From contig CP170459.1 of assembly GCA_047947115.1 (NCBI GenBank), positions 3,872,001 to 3,936,000 on the forward strand: 64,000 bases of DNA, read 5' to 3'. Shown one piece after another: positions 20,888-29,975 of this stretch. How positions within the stretch are numbered: the stretch's first letter is position 1; every line of letters starts with the position of its first letter. This stretch comes from Verrucomicrobiota bacterium. GTDB lineage: Bacteria > Verrucomicrobiota > Verrucomicrobiia > Limisphaerales > AAA164-E04. The notes under the pieces are model-generated. The model saw nothing but the letters and a program-made list of their open reading frames with translations. It was not told where the DNA came from and searched no databases. A program made the translations under genes and the position numbers.

Positions 20888-20919
20888 ACCAACGAGTGAC
20901 AGCGTAACTACTCCCTCAC
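20888..20919 (-). pseudogene. 3' relic of a third LRR-family paralog
   Basis: Minus-strand GTG AGG GAG TAG (VRE*, compare VRD* of the neighbour) followed by the same 17-bp trailer that follows the 17327 stop. Confidence 0.55.
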
Positions 20920-21133
20920 GAACGAAGGACCAGTTGTTCAACGTAAGCGGATTACCGGAGTCCCCCTGAATGATACTGTCAATTCAGATGGGATTGCTTA
21001 ATTTGGAGTGTTCGCTTACCTGTTTGCGGTCAAGCTGCACTGGATGTAGCTATCAACAGCACTCCAGCGGTGTTCGCACCTCCAAGGCGGCAGCAGGCCA
21101 AAATTTCCAGTTGTGGGATGCATAAAACAGCCT

Positions 21134-21155
21134 CAAAAACCCAAAATGGGTTTTT
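21134..21155. terminator. Possible bidirectional intrinsic terminator
   Basis: AAAAACCCA-AAA-TGGGTTTTT hairpin with a weak stem. Confidence 0.35.
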
Positions 21156-21333
21156 ATTACTACTTTTTACTACATCTAACCCTTAAAAGTCGGATTCTGG
21201 CATGGGCTGGGCGCTGGAACGCAAGGTGTGGGGGAGCCGTTTCTGCTCCTAGCGCCAGTGGAGCTTAAACCATTGTTCAAAACTATAACGATACAGTTTT
21301 GAGTTTCGATGCAATATTCGATATGCTTTCAGC

Positions 21334-21777
21334 ATGTCTTCTCTACCACTGGACATCAGACGACAAGCCAAGGAACTAATTGAAGCCGGTAAATCATCCC
21401 AGGAGATTGGCTCTCTTTTGGATATCAAACCAGGCACCGTTCGTGAGTGGAAACGACGTTATATGTGGGACGGCCCTGACGGATCTGATCGACAGTGTGC
21501 TGATGACCTGGACGACGACCAGCTACCTGCCGAATATGAGCGGGTCATGTCCACGGACGTCATGGAAACACTACACTGGATCCGCCGTATGCCAATGCCG
21601 CGCCGCATGGATGCAATCCTTAAACGAGAACGAGCATTGGAAATGCTCTCCAAGCGAGCTGAGCGGGTTATCGGCGGTTTGGCCCGGGCACATGGACAGC
21701 AGAACAAGTTGATTCAGGTGAACGCTGTGACCGCGATTCTAAGCTCTCACGAAAACTCCGGGTGTGATGTGACTTGA
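21334..21777 (+). CDS. HTH protein resembling phage terminase small subunit
   Basis: DIRRQAKELIEAGKSSQEIGSLLDIKPGTVREWKRRYMWD resembles the N-terminal HTH of terminase-associated proteins. Confidence 0.55.
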   Translation: MSSLPLDIRRQAKELIEAGKSSQEIGSLLDIKPGTVREWKRRYMWDGPDGSDRQCADDLDDDQLPAEYERVMSTDVMETLHWIRRMPMPRRMDAILKRERALEMLSKRAERVIGGLARAHGQQNKLIQVNAVTAILSSHENSGCDVT

Positions 21778-22037
21778 TTACTTAATTGGGATTGGTCACG
21801 TAACAATAGAGATATACCCTTGATTTTTCAGGTCTATGTGGGGTCCATTTGAAATTTGTTGTCCTGTATTTTTTTGGGGGGGGGCAGATTTATTAAACAA
21901 TTCTAATTGACAAAAAATTGACCTCTATTTTGAGCATTCGTTTCAATTTAATTCTACTAATTTCCATCAATGATTCCGCAAGTAGTTGAAAAAGCAACAC
22001 ATTGCGTAAATTGACAATAGGATGGAATTAATTGGAT

Positions 22038-22103
22038 ACGGTTTGCTAAACCGTCGTCGTGGGATAACTGCGACCGCGGGTTCGAATCCCGCTCTCTCCG
22101 CCA
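22038..22103 (+). pseudogene. 3' fragment of tRNA-Ser(GCT), putative attR
   Basis: Anticodon arm ACGGT-TTGCTAA-ACCGT, long variable arm, T arm GCGGG-TTCGAAT-CCCGC, then CTCTCC-G-CCA. The upstream GGAGAG acceptor strand and the D arm are absent. Confidence 0.85.
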
Positions 22104-22753
22104 CTTTTTACTTCTTCTTCTTTTAGTTCATGCGCTTGAAGGGTTGCTTAAACTGCTCTGTGTGATTTCTTTTCCGTATCCGTATCGCCTGCTATTCCAA
22201 ATTCTTGCAAAAAACCCATACACAACCTATACTTATTTTGGTGTGAGAAGACAGCTTGAAAAGTTGAATCATCGTGGAGTGACCACCGTGAACGGCTCAA
22301 TGCCCTGGGCAACATAACTCACAGGGTAAAGCGTCCCTTGAAATGGTTCAACCGTCTCGCTTTCCGCCAGTTCATGACCAAGAAGGAAACCAAGATTGTT
22401 GGAATATTTTCCGAAATTCCCAACAGCCATACTGCTATCCTTGGACCAAGATGTTGACGTGATTTTTCCTGCGACAACACGGTCAAATTTTCTTTTTGAG
22501 ATAAATATTCTTCTGACGCTGAAATTTTTTGACACCGCAGCTTCATTTTTTACGCATATAAGAGTGTAGGGATATGATGTTCATCCCAAGTTGCCATCAA
22601 TTTGTCAAAAAGTAATCACTCTCCCATTGCCGCTTGACACTAAACAACAGCAGAGAAACTCCTTTACAAGGAGAGTCGGTGATCGTGCGGGAAATGGGCT
22701 TTGTATCCATCACCAGTGGAGTGTTTCACTAAAAACGTTGCAGATAGGAAAGC

Positions 22754-23212
22754 ATGAACGACTACGCGCTAAAGACCCTTAAAACCAGTGTGCTTCTCTT
22801 CAATGAATGGCGCCTGCATCAACACTTGGATTTTTTAGATATTGCAGCTGCAGACCTGTCAGATATGGATTTGAGTGGAATTGACTTCAGAAATGTAGTT
22901 CTTAAAGGCGCAAACTTAAAGGGTTCAGACCTGACCGATGCTCATTTAACAAGATCAGATTTAACGGGAGCTTGTCTGCAGGGCGCTATTTTGAAAGACT
23001 CACACGCAAGTGCCGCGGACTTTACGCAGGCAGATTTAAGCGGAGCAAATTTACAGAATGCTCACCTTTGTGATTCCATATTTCGGGGCGCCAATATGGA
23101 AAGAGCCAACCTGAAGGGTGCCCACATCACAGGTGCTTCCTTCCAAGGTGCCAATCTAGAAAACGTGAATCTAGAGGAAGCATTTGACCGGCCATGTGCC
23201 TCTGCTGAGTAG
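22754..23212 (+). CDS. Pentapeptide repeat protein
   Basis: Tandem A(D/N)LxG repeats (ADLSD, ANLKG, SDLTD, ADLSG, ANLQN). Confidence 0.92.
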   Translation: MNDYALKTLKTSVLLFNEWRLHQHLDFLDIAAADLSDMDLSGIDFRNVVLKGANLKGSDLTDAHLTRSDLTGACLQGAILKDSHASAADFTQADLSGANLQNAHLCDSIFRGANMERANLKGAHITGASFQGANLENVNLEEAFDRPCASAE

Positions 23213-23439
23213 GAAAGTTCTATACATTGAGCACCAAAAAAAATGTCAAATTTCATGGTTGGCTTTTTTTCTTAAAAAAGTGAACCCGTGGTGTCGATAG
23301 CCTTTGGATTGGTCCTCATCGCAACCGTCAGTCCAGGCTTCCTGCTGGATCGGCTTCGCTGGAAGCCGGTATCCGTAATGGCGACCTATTCGAATGCCAT
23401 CCATCTATCTCACAAAATGATGATCACATTAACTAGCCA

Positions 23440-24696
23440 TCACGTCATGGATAATCCCGTAAGCGTCCCCGTACTCGAGCCGAACGTGTCTGCCTCGATT
23501 CCCAGACGTTGGAGCATGTTGACGTAAAGATCGCAGAGCGGGGGCGGGTTCTCCGGTGCGAAGTGTAGATGCTGCCCGTGTTTGAAACCACCACCAGCGA
23601 GAAATACGGGCAGGTTTTTGGTCGAGTGGCTGCTGGCGTCGCCAAGATTGCTGCCCAGGAAGACGGTTGTTCGGTCAAGAAGGGTAGCCTCATCTTCCCT
23701 GGATTGGTGCAGCTTGGCGAGTAGGTCTCGAACAGTTTTCATCGCCTCGATTTCGACAATCTTGAGTTGTGCGAGCTTGCCTGGATCCTTGCCATGGTGC
23801 GAAAGATCATGATGACCCAGATTGACGCCTTCGATCGGTGGCGAGGCGGTTGAACCGGCGAGCATGATGGTGATGAGCCGTGTCGAGTCTGTCTGGAGGG
23901 CGAGATGAGTGAGGTCGAAGAGGAGGCGTGTGCGTCCGATCAGATCGGCTGGGTTAGGAATGTCTTTTGGCGGAGCAACATCCACTTTGGGTTTCGGCTT
24001 CTTGGCCCAATTGCGGTCGCTCACCAATTGCCGTTCCAGCTCTCGGATGCTTGTGAGGTATTCGTCGAGTTTACTGCGATCCTCAGAGCCGAGATCGTTG
24101 CTCAAAGAGTTGACCTGTTCGCGAACGTCATCAAGGATGCTGCGCCCGTCTTCCAGATGACGCAGTTGTTCTCGTTTCTGGGCGGGAGTCCCTTCTAGAA
24201 ACAACCTGCTGAACACCCTGTATGGCGAATCATCCGAAGGGATGAGAGCGCCCGTCCGAGTCCAACTGAGCCCGCCGGCTCCATTACCCGCTAACGCCAG
24301 GCTGGGCACCCGCGTTTGAGCTCCGATGTGATCCGCTGCGAACTGATCGAGAGAAATGGTGTTGCGAAATCCGGGCCGGCCCGCTCCGGGAACGCCGGTG
24401 AGGAAGCTGGCTGACGCCTGGTGCCCGAACGACGAACTCATTCCTGCGTGCTCCAAACCGGAAATGACGGTGAATTGATCCCGGTAATCCTTGACGATCT
24501 CAAGGTAAGGCGAGAGTTCGTAATCCTGACCAGTCGTCTTGGGTATAAAGTAGTCCGGGTGCAATCCCAATGGGGCGCAAATGCAGACCATGCGACGTGG
24601 CGGTTTGTTTACCCCCCGGGCGGCAAACGCCTCCAACCAAGGTAGTGCAAGGGAAATGCCGGTGGCGCGTAGAAAGTGGCGGCGATTGATATGCAT
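23440..24696 (-). CDS. DUF1552 family protein
   Basis: Tat-like RRHFLR, SLDQFAA, LDEYLTSIRELE, ALQTDSTR, HHDLSHH. Confidence 0.9.
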   Translation of the reverse strand: MHINRRHFLRATGISLALPWLEAFAARGVNKPPRRMVCICAPLGLHPDYFIPKTTGQDYELSPYLEIVKDYRDQFTVISGLEHAGMSSSFGHQASASFLTGVPGAGRPGFRNTISLDQFAADHIGAQTRVPSLALAGNGAGGLSWTRTGALIPSDDSPYRVFSRLFLEGTPAQKREQLRHLEDGRSILDDVREQVNSLSNDLGSEDRSKLDEYLTSIRELERQLVSDRNWAKKPKPKVDVAPPKDIPNPADLIGRTRLLFDLTHLALQTDSTRLITIMLAGSTASPPIEGVNLGHHDLSHHGKDPGKLAQLKIVEIEAMKTVRDLLAKLHQSREDEATLLDRTTVFLGSNLGDASSHSTKNLPVFLAGGGFKHGQHLHFAPENPPPLCDLYVNMLQRLGIEADTFGSSTGTLTGLSMT

Positions 24697-24714
24697 GGGA
24701 TCAATATGATGAGG

Positions 24715-27135
24715 TTATTTGCTCCTGAAAAGTTTGCTCTGCACGACATCGTGAATCAAGGACCGGAACCTAAAGTCCTTTTCGCGGGCGCGACCAACGA
24801 TACGTTCGATTTCCGGCTTATCCAGTGGCGTTGGTTTCGCCCCGGTTGCGTAGGAGAGTAACTTTTCGGTAAGGTTTCTGGCCAGTTGATCCTTGTCGTT
24901 CAACAAAAGCAGCTTGTAATCATCGATATTTTCAAAGCGTCGTCCATCGGGCAAGACACCGGTGGAATCGACAGGCGGACCTTTGATCACCCGACGCGAA
25001 TCTTCACGAAGGACACGATAATGATCGCGCCAAGCACCGGTCACATCAAAGCTTTCCAAGGCGAAGCCCGGTGGATCAATTTCGCGATGACATCGAGCGC
25101 AGCTTTCGACGTTGCGATGCTTGGCGAGCTGTTCGCGAATCGTCGTTGCGCCCCGTATGTCGGGCTCAATCGCTCCGATGTCCGGTGGTGGTTTCGGGGA
25201 CGGGGTTCCAAGAATGCGCTCCAGTAACCAGGCTCCTCGCAGGACTGGTGAGGTCGTGGTGCCATTGGCGGTCACTTTCAGAACGCTGGACATCGTTATG
25301 ACGCCTCCGCGATGACTCCCGGGCGGCAAGGCCACTTTGCGCATGTGCGCTCCCTCGACTCCCTCTATACCGTAATGCTTTGCGAGTCGAGCGTTGAGGA
25401 AAGTGAAATCGGAGGACACGAAATTCGTCAGACTCAGGTCATGTTTCAGTACTTCTTCAAAAAATAATCTGGGCTCTTTGAGCGAAGCTGTCTTGAGAAC
25501 GTCATCATACTCACGATAAAGCGTTCGATCGGGCATTGTGTCGTCGATGGCGCGTAGGCTCAGCCATTGGCCGGTGAAGTTTTCCGTGAATGAGTTCGCC
25601 TTGGGATCATCCAACATTCTCTCAACTTGCTGATGCAGCACGGCAGGTTCGTTCAATTTTTTAGCTTGAGCCAGTCCCAACAATTCCTCGTCCGGCATGG
25701 AACTCCACAGAAAGTAGGACAGGCGACTAGCCAACGCGTCGTCATCCAGCCGATGGGTGTTCGGTGAGTTCTTTTCACGCAGAAACAGGAAATCCGGCGA
25801 AACCATGATGCTCTTGAGGCCGACTCTCATGGCTTGCTCGAACGAGTAGCCCTCTTTCAATCGCGATTGAACCCGTCGTAGAAACGGCTTTATGTCCTGG
25901 TCCGTTACCGCGCGTCGAAACGCACGCCGAGCAAAACTTTTCAGGATGCGTTCTGCATCTGCCACTGGCTGCTGCGACACCACCTCAAGCCGGTCCGGAT
26001 CGTCGGCGCTTGGCACGCGCTCCCGAGGCATGTCACCAAAGATCGACTTGTGACTCGGCGGCGGCCAGGACTCCAACAACGGACCTTCCACTTCGACCCA
26101 TTGAATGGCGAGCCCGGGCCCTTTGTAATGGTCGGCGCCAACCTTTTCCACCTCCGGGGGCAGTGCCGGCAGTCCGTCGGCGATGATGCGAAGGCGGTTT
26201 TCGGGCTCGAGCTGCTCGACGAATTCGAGCACCGTCGGTTTGTCCGCGGGGAAGGAGAAATAGTCGATGAGACGTTCCTCGGTCACCTCTTTGAACGTTC
26301 CGGCGTTGACATGGAAATCGACCGGCTTGCCGCCGCTTTGATAGCCATAGCCGGAGATCCTGACGCGATACTTGCCTCGAAAGTGGGTGAACATGTTCCA
26401 CATAGTCACACGGATGTTTGCAGACTCCCAAACCGCGAAGATGGCGACGCCATCGTCCACGTGGCGATAGACGCTGCCGGTCTTGGCGATCGATTTCTCT
26501 TTTCTTAGATCGAATCGCTTGTTCAGCTTCCAAGGCTCACCCTTGTTGGCAATAGCCGCGTCGAGCACACGGTCCGCGGCCGCCAAGTAATTTCGAAGCA
26601 AGAATGAAGACGTATGCATCGCTTTGGCGTTATTATCGAAGCCGCTGGTAGAGGTGTTAGATGGAAGCAAGTCGTTTAAGTCGACGTCCACGTGCAGTAA
26701 ATCCCTAACAGTATTGATGTATTCCGACTGATTGAGGCGCCGCAGAACCACCCGGCCTTCCGCAGCCCTCTGTGCAATCTCCGCGGTCTTAGCCTTTTGG
26801 CGAATCATCTCAACTACGTCCTGAACGCTCTGTAGCGGTGGGCGGGCTTCCTTCTCCGGGGGCATGTCTGCCGCTTCGAGTTGCTCCATCACTGCCAACC
26901 ACATCTCACGATTCTGCCGGTCAGCGAAGTCTCCAGATAGACTTTCGACTCGGAAATCGCCCTTGGCTTCGTTCCCGCTGTGACATTTCTGGCAGTGCGA
27001 TTCAAAGAGAAGCTGTGCCTGTTTGTCCACCTGCGCGTTTGCTGCAAACGTTACGAACACCGCCAATGCACCCACTACTAAGTTCCACCTCATTCCGCGA
27101 GATTCCTGGTTCTGTGGTATGAATTGTAACAACAC
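24715..27135 (-). CDS. DUF1592/PSD-domain planctomycete-type cytochrome c protein
   Basis: CQKCH and CARCH heme motifs, LRRLN.SEY.NTVRDL, LASRLSYFLWSSMPD, TSPVLRG.W. Confidence 0.9.
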   Translation of the reverse strand: MLLQFIPQNQESRGMRWNLVVGALAVFVTFAANAQVDKQAQLLFESHCQKCHSGNEAKGDFRVESLSGDFADRQNREMWLAVMEQLEAADMPPEKEARPPLQSVQDVVEMIRQKAKTAEIAQRAAEGRVVLRRLNQSEYINTVRDLLHVDVDLNDLLPSNTSTSGFDNNAKAMHTSSFLLRNYLAAADRVLDAAIANKGEPWKLNKRFDLRKEKSIAKTGSVYRHVDDGVAIFAVWESANIRVTMWNMFTHFRGKYRVRISGYGYQSGGKPVDFHVNAGTFKEVTEERLIDYFSFPADKPTVLEFVEQLEPENRLRIIADGLPALPPEVEKVGADHYKGPGLAIQWVEVEGPLLESWPPPSHKSIFGDMPRERVPSADDPDRLEVVSQQPVADAERILKSFARRAFRRAVTDQDIKPFLRRVQSRLKEGYSFEQAMRVGLKSIMVSPDFLFLREKNSPNTHRLDDDALASRLSYFLWSSMPDEELLGLAQAKKLNEPAVLHQQVERMLDDPKANSFTENFTGQWLSLRAIDDTMPDRTLYREYDDVLKTASLKEPRLFFEEVLKHDLSLTNFVSSDFTFLNARLAKHYGIEGVEGAHMRKVALPPGSHRGGVITMSSVLKVTANGTTTSPVLRGAWLLERILGTPSPKPPPDIGAIEPDIRGATTIREQLAKHRNVESCARCHREIDPPGFALESFDVTGAWRDHYRVLREDSRRVIKGPPVDSTGVLPDGRRFENIDDYKLLLLNDKDQLARNLTEKLLSYATGAKPTPLDKPEIERIVGRAREKDFRFRSLIHDVVQSKLFRSK

Positions 27136-27550
27136 ATGCGATCAAGTGGGGATTGTAATTTCTCCAACAAACTGGACATTTGTTTTATCAGGTCATCGAG
27201 TGATTTAATGAATTCTATTCATAGCATTCTGAAAATGCCATTCCCAGCAAGCTGAGACGACAGCACGATGGTAGTAAATCTTGAGCTATTCTAACAAGGT
27301 TCGTTTTGCTTTTCAACAGGAGGCGAATCTACCACTTTCGGACAAGGTCCCGATTTTGAGGCTGATCCAAATTATTTACCACAGCGAAGTGCTGAGGCCC
27401 GCCAAACCCATCAGATTCGCCACCGCAGTGGACCCTCTCAAACCGCGTTCTGAAATCAAACTTAGCTTATTGAGCGTTGAAATTTATCAGTATACTAGCA
27501 CAGATATCCAACTATGTCTTGTTGAATCGGGCAGCCCTTTATTTCCAGAA

Positions 27551-29195
27551 CACGGCTTTTTTCTCGGCGAGTCTTTCTTGTTGATAATAAAGGGAATCAA
27601 TTTTTGCTAGACTCAATTGCCTGATTTTGCCATGGTAGTCGGGTATGAGCAGCTCTGAAAACCTCATCTCAAAACAGCAAATTAGGGTTCAAGTCCTTTC
27701 CCCCAATCAGCGGAGTCGATTTAACCAACTCTTAACAAAGCACCATTATTTGGGGACAACTCCGCCAGTTGGCGACTTCATTGAACAGGTTGTCCTGTGT
27801 GATGGTAAGTGGGCGGCTTTGCTGATCTGGGGACCAGCTGCACTCAAGCTTAAGGATCGAGAACGGTGGATTGGTTGGAATCCTCTACAACGAGCCGAAC
27901 GCTTAAAACTGGTGGTTCAAAACAGACGCTTTCTACTTCTCCACAAAAAGGGAACTCAACCACATCTCGCTTCCCGAGCACTCGCAGCAGCCTGCAAGCA
28001 TTTACCTGCGCAATGGCATGAACGGTTTGGATATCGCCCCCTGATCGCAGAAACATTCACCGATCCTGAACAGTTCCAGGGCACTTGCTATAAAGCCAGT
28101 GGATGGGACGCTGTAGGCATGAGTCAGGGGAGTCGCAGAGACCATGTCGATTTCTATGTCGATGAAAAACACCCCAAGCGTCTTTGGCTTAAAGAAATTT
28201 GTCCCAAAGCTCAAAAAATCATTACATCCTCGCAACTGCCGCAGCAATTCACTGAGGCTACAGTAGCCGCAGCCAATGGCATCCTCCCATTGCCACCGGC
28301 CTCTCAGCGCAGTCTTTTTGAAACATTTCAAAAAGTCAAAGATCCCCGTCGTTCCAACAATCGTTTTCCTATCGGATCGGTGCTCACCCTCATTGCCATG
28401 GCTTTGTTGAGCGGCGCTAAACAGATTTCCGAGATCGCTCGTTTCGCTCAGCGATTGCGCTCCAACCAACGTGCCCAGCTCAGGCTGCCACTCAAACGAG
28501 GAACTCGTCGTTTCTATCAAGTTCCCAGCTACAGTGTTTTTTATCAATTATTTACCCGCATCGATCCCGAAGAGTTCGCCAGCATGTTGAGCGACTGGCT
28601 CACGCAAGATGAAGGGCATCGTCCAGGAGTGCTGGCCTTGGATGGAAAAATGATTCGTGATGTCATCGGCACCGTCACGCTGGCCAATGTGGAAGATGGT
28701 TCCCCAAGGGCTATGACCATCATGGATCAAAAGGAAGACACTGATAGATGCGAACTCAAAGCAGCACAAGAACTGCTCAAGGCTCAGCCCAGTTTAGATG
28801 GAGTCACAGTGACAGCGGATCCATTGCATTGTCAAAAACAGAGCGCACGTATCATCGCCGAAAAGTGAGTCAAGAAACGCGCTACTACTTTTTCCAGTCA
28901 CTATGATTTTGAACGCAGCAGTGAAGAATGGATCAACTTAATTCGCCAACACTGGGCTGGAGTGGAAAGCCGCAGCCATTGGCGACGGGATGCGACCATA
29001 GGAGAGGATCGCACTCGGCTGAATAATCCAAATGCGCTGGCTAACCTGGCATTGATCCGCAATCTCAACCTCCATGTTCTGGCAAGGCAGTCTTGGGATG
29101 GTTGGTTGCCTGGTTTGATTGAAAGATTGATCTCCAATCCTGCAGAAACTTTAAACATGCACAAAGCGTGCTAACCCTTAAAACAAAAAACCGTG
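27551..29195 (+). mobile_element. ISAs1-family element with DUF4338 N-terminal domain
   Basis: Ends CACGGCTTTTT and AAAAAACCGTG. 10-bp target duplication ATTTCCAGAA at 27541-27550 and 29196-29205. Confidence 0.9.
27645..29174 (+). pseudogene. DUF4338-ISAs1 transposase, damaged
   Basis: N-terminal HHYLG, VVQNRRFLL, ETFTDP...GTCYKASGW. ISAs1 motifs DPRR, LDGK, TADPLHCQ. TGA at 28866, then a displaced ETRYY motif and HWAGVESRSHWRRD...ED. Confidence 0.85.
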
Positions 29196-29975
29196 ATTTC
29201 CAGAAGAAGTATTTCCATTGATCAAACTCGATGAACCAGGGGAATGGAATCTGTTGGCCGCCCCTGTATCGAATGGAACAGGGAATGCTACTTTGAAGCT
29301 GCTTGCATCGGACGGCTTTCAAACAACTACTGGGACCATTAGGGTCGAAGTGCGGCCTATAAACGACCGCCCTGTCATCGAAGGATTGCCCGATCGCCTT
29401 GAAGTCGGAAGGAACGGCATTTTGATTCCGTTTAACATCACAGACATCGAAACAAAGAGTGATTCTCTGACCGTATTGATATCCGCAAAGCAGCAATTCA
29501 GGCGATTGGAAGAATATTTTGTCATTGAGCGAAATGGACCTCAATTTCAACTGAGAATCATTGCTGATGATGATGTGCAGGGAGAGGTTTTGCTGCGTTT
29601 GATCGTTCTGGATGGTGAAGGGGGATCTGTAGAACATATCTCCAATGTGAAATTTTTGGATTCAGAGGAAGTGAGCTCGCAGATTCAATTCGAACGCCTG
29701 CCAAATAACCAATTGCGGTTGACGTGGGAAGGCGATCTGCAACTTTTTTCAACCCCAGATTTGCATCAACCATTCCAAGCGGTGCCAGCCGCTGCCAGTC
29801 CATTTGACGTTTCTATGGATCAAAATCAATTCTATATACTGCGTTCTGAAAATACCTTCCCTTAATCTCCTTACTGTCATTGTTGGTAAACGGTGACCTT
29901 GTTACTGCTTGCTTTTTCACTGGTAATCCAGCCACTCATCGCTTTTTCCTTTCGTTTGATCGTTGTGTGGGGTAG

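Larger units (their letters stand above)
27281..29865 (+). pseudogene. Cadherin/Ig-like surface protein remnant split by ISAs1; N-terminus missing
   Basis: Removing the IS restores in-frame ...GSPLFPE|EVFPLIKLDEPGEW...VRPINDRPVI... It ends in an FYR-like module (NQFYILR). Confidence 0.75.

Noticed and set aside
20936..21028. Integron attC site
   Set aside because: GTTCAAC fits one core box, but the other (GTTTGCG) and the L-box spacing do not fit. It is single-copy and there is no integron integrase.
22013..22103. Intact tRNA-Ser gene
   Set aside because: No 5' GGAGAG to pair with CTCTCC, and no D arm.
22269..22546. Two overlapping minus-strand ORFs after the tRNA fragment
   Set aside because: No motifs and no way to choose between frames; left uncalled.
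27645..28300. Druantia anti-phage system
   Set aside because: The DUF4338-like domain is fused to a transposase inside IS ends, and no druB-E genes are present.
11734..28868. TGA recoding suggested by in-frame TGAs at 11734, 19798 and 28866
   Set aside because: Many core genes (e.g. moxR, batA) end in TGA at expected positions and Trp is encoded by TGG. The transposase cases are decay, and 19798 is a normal stop.
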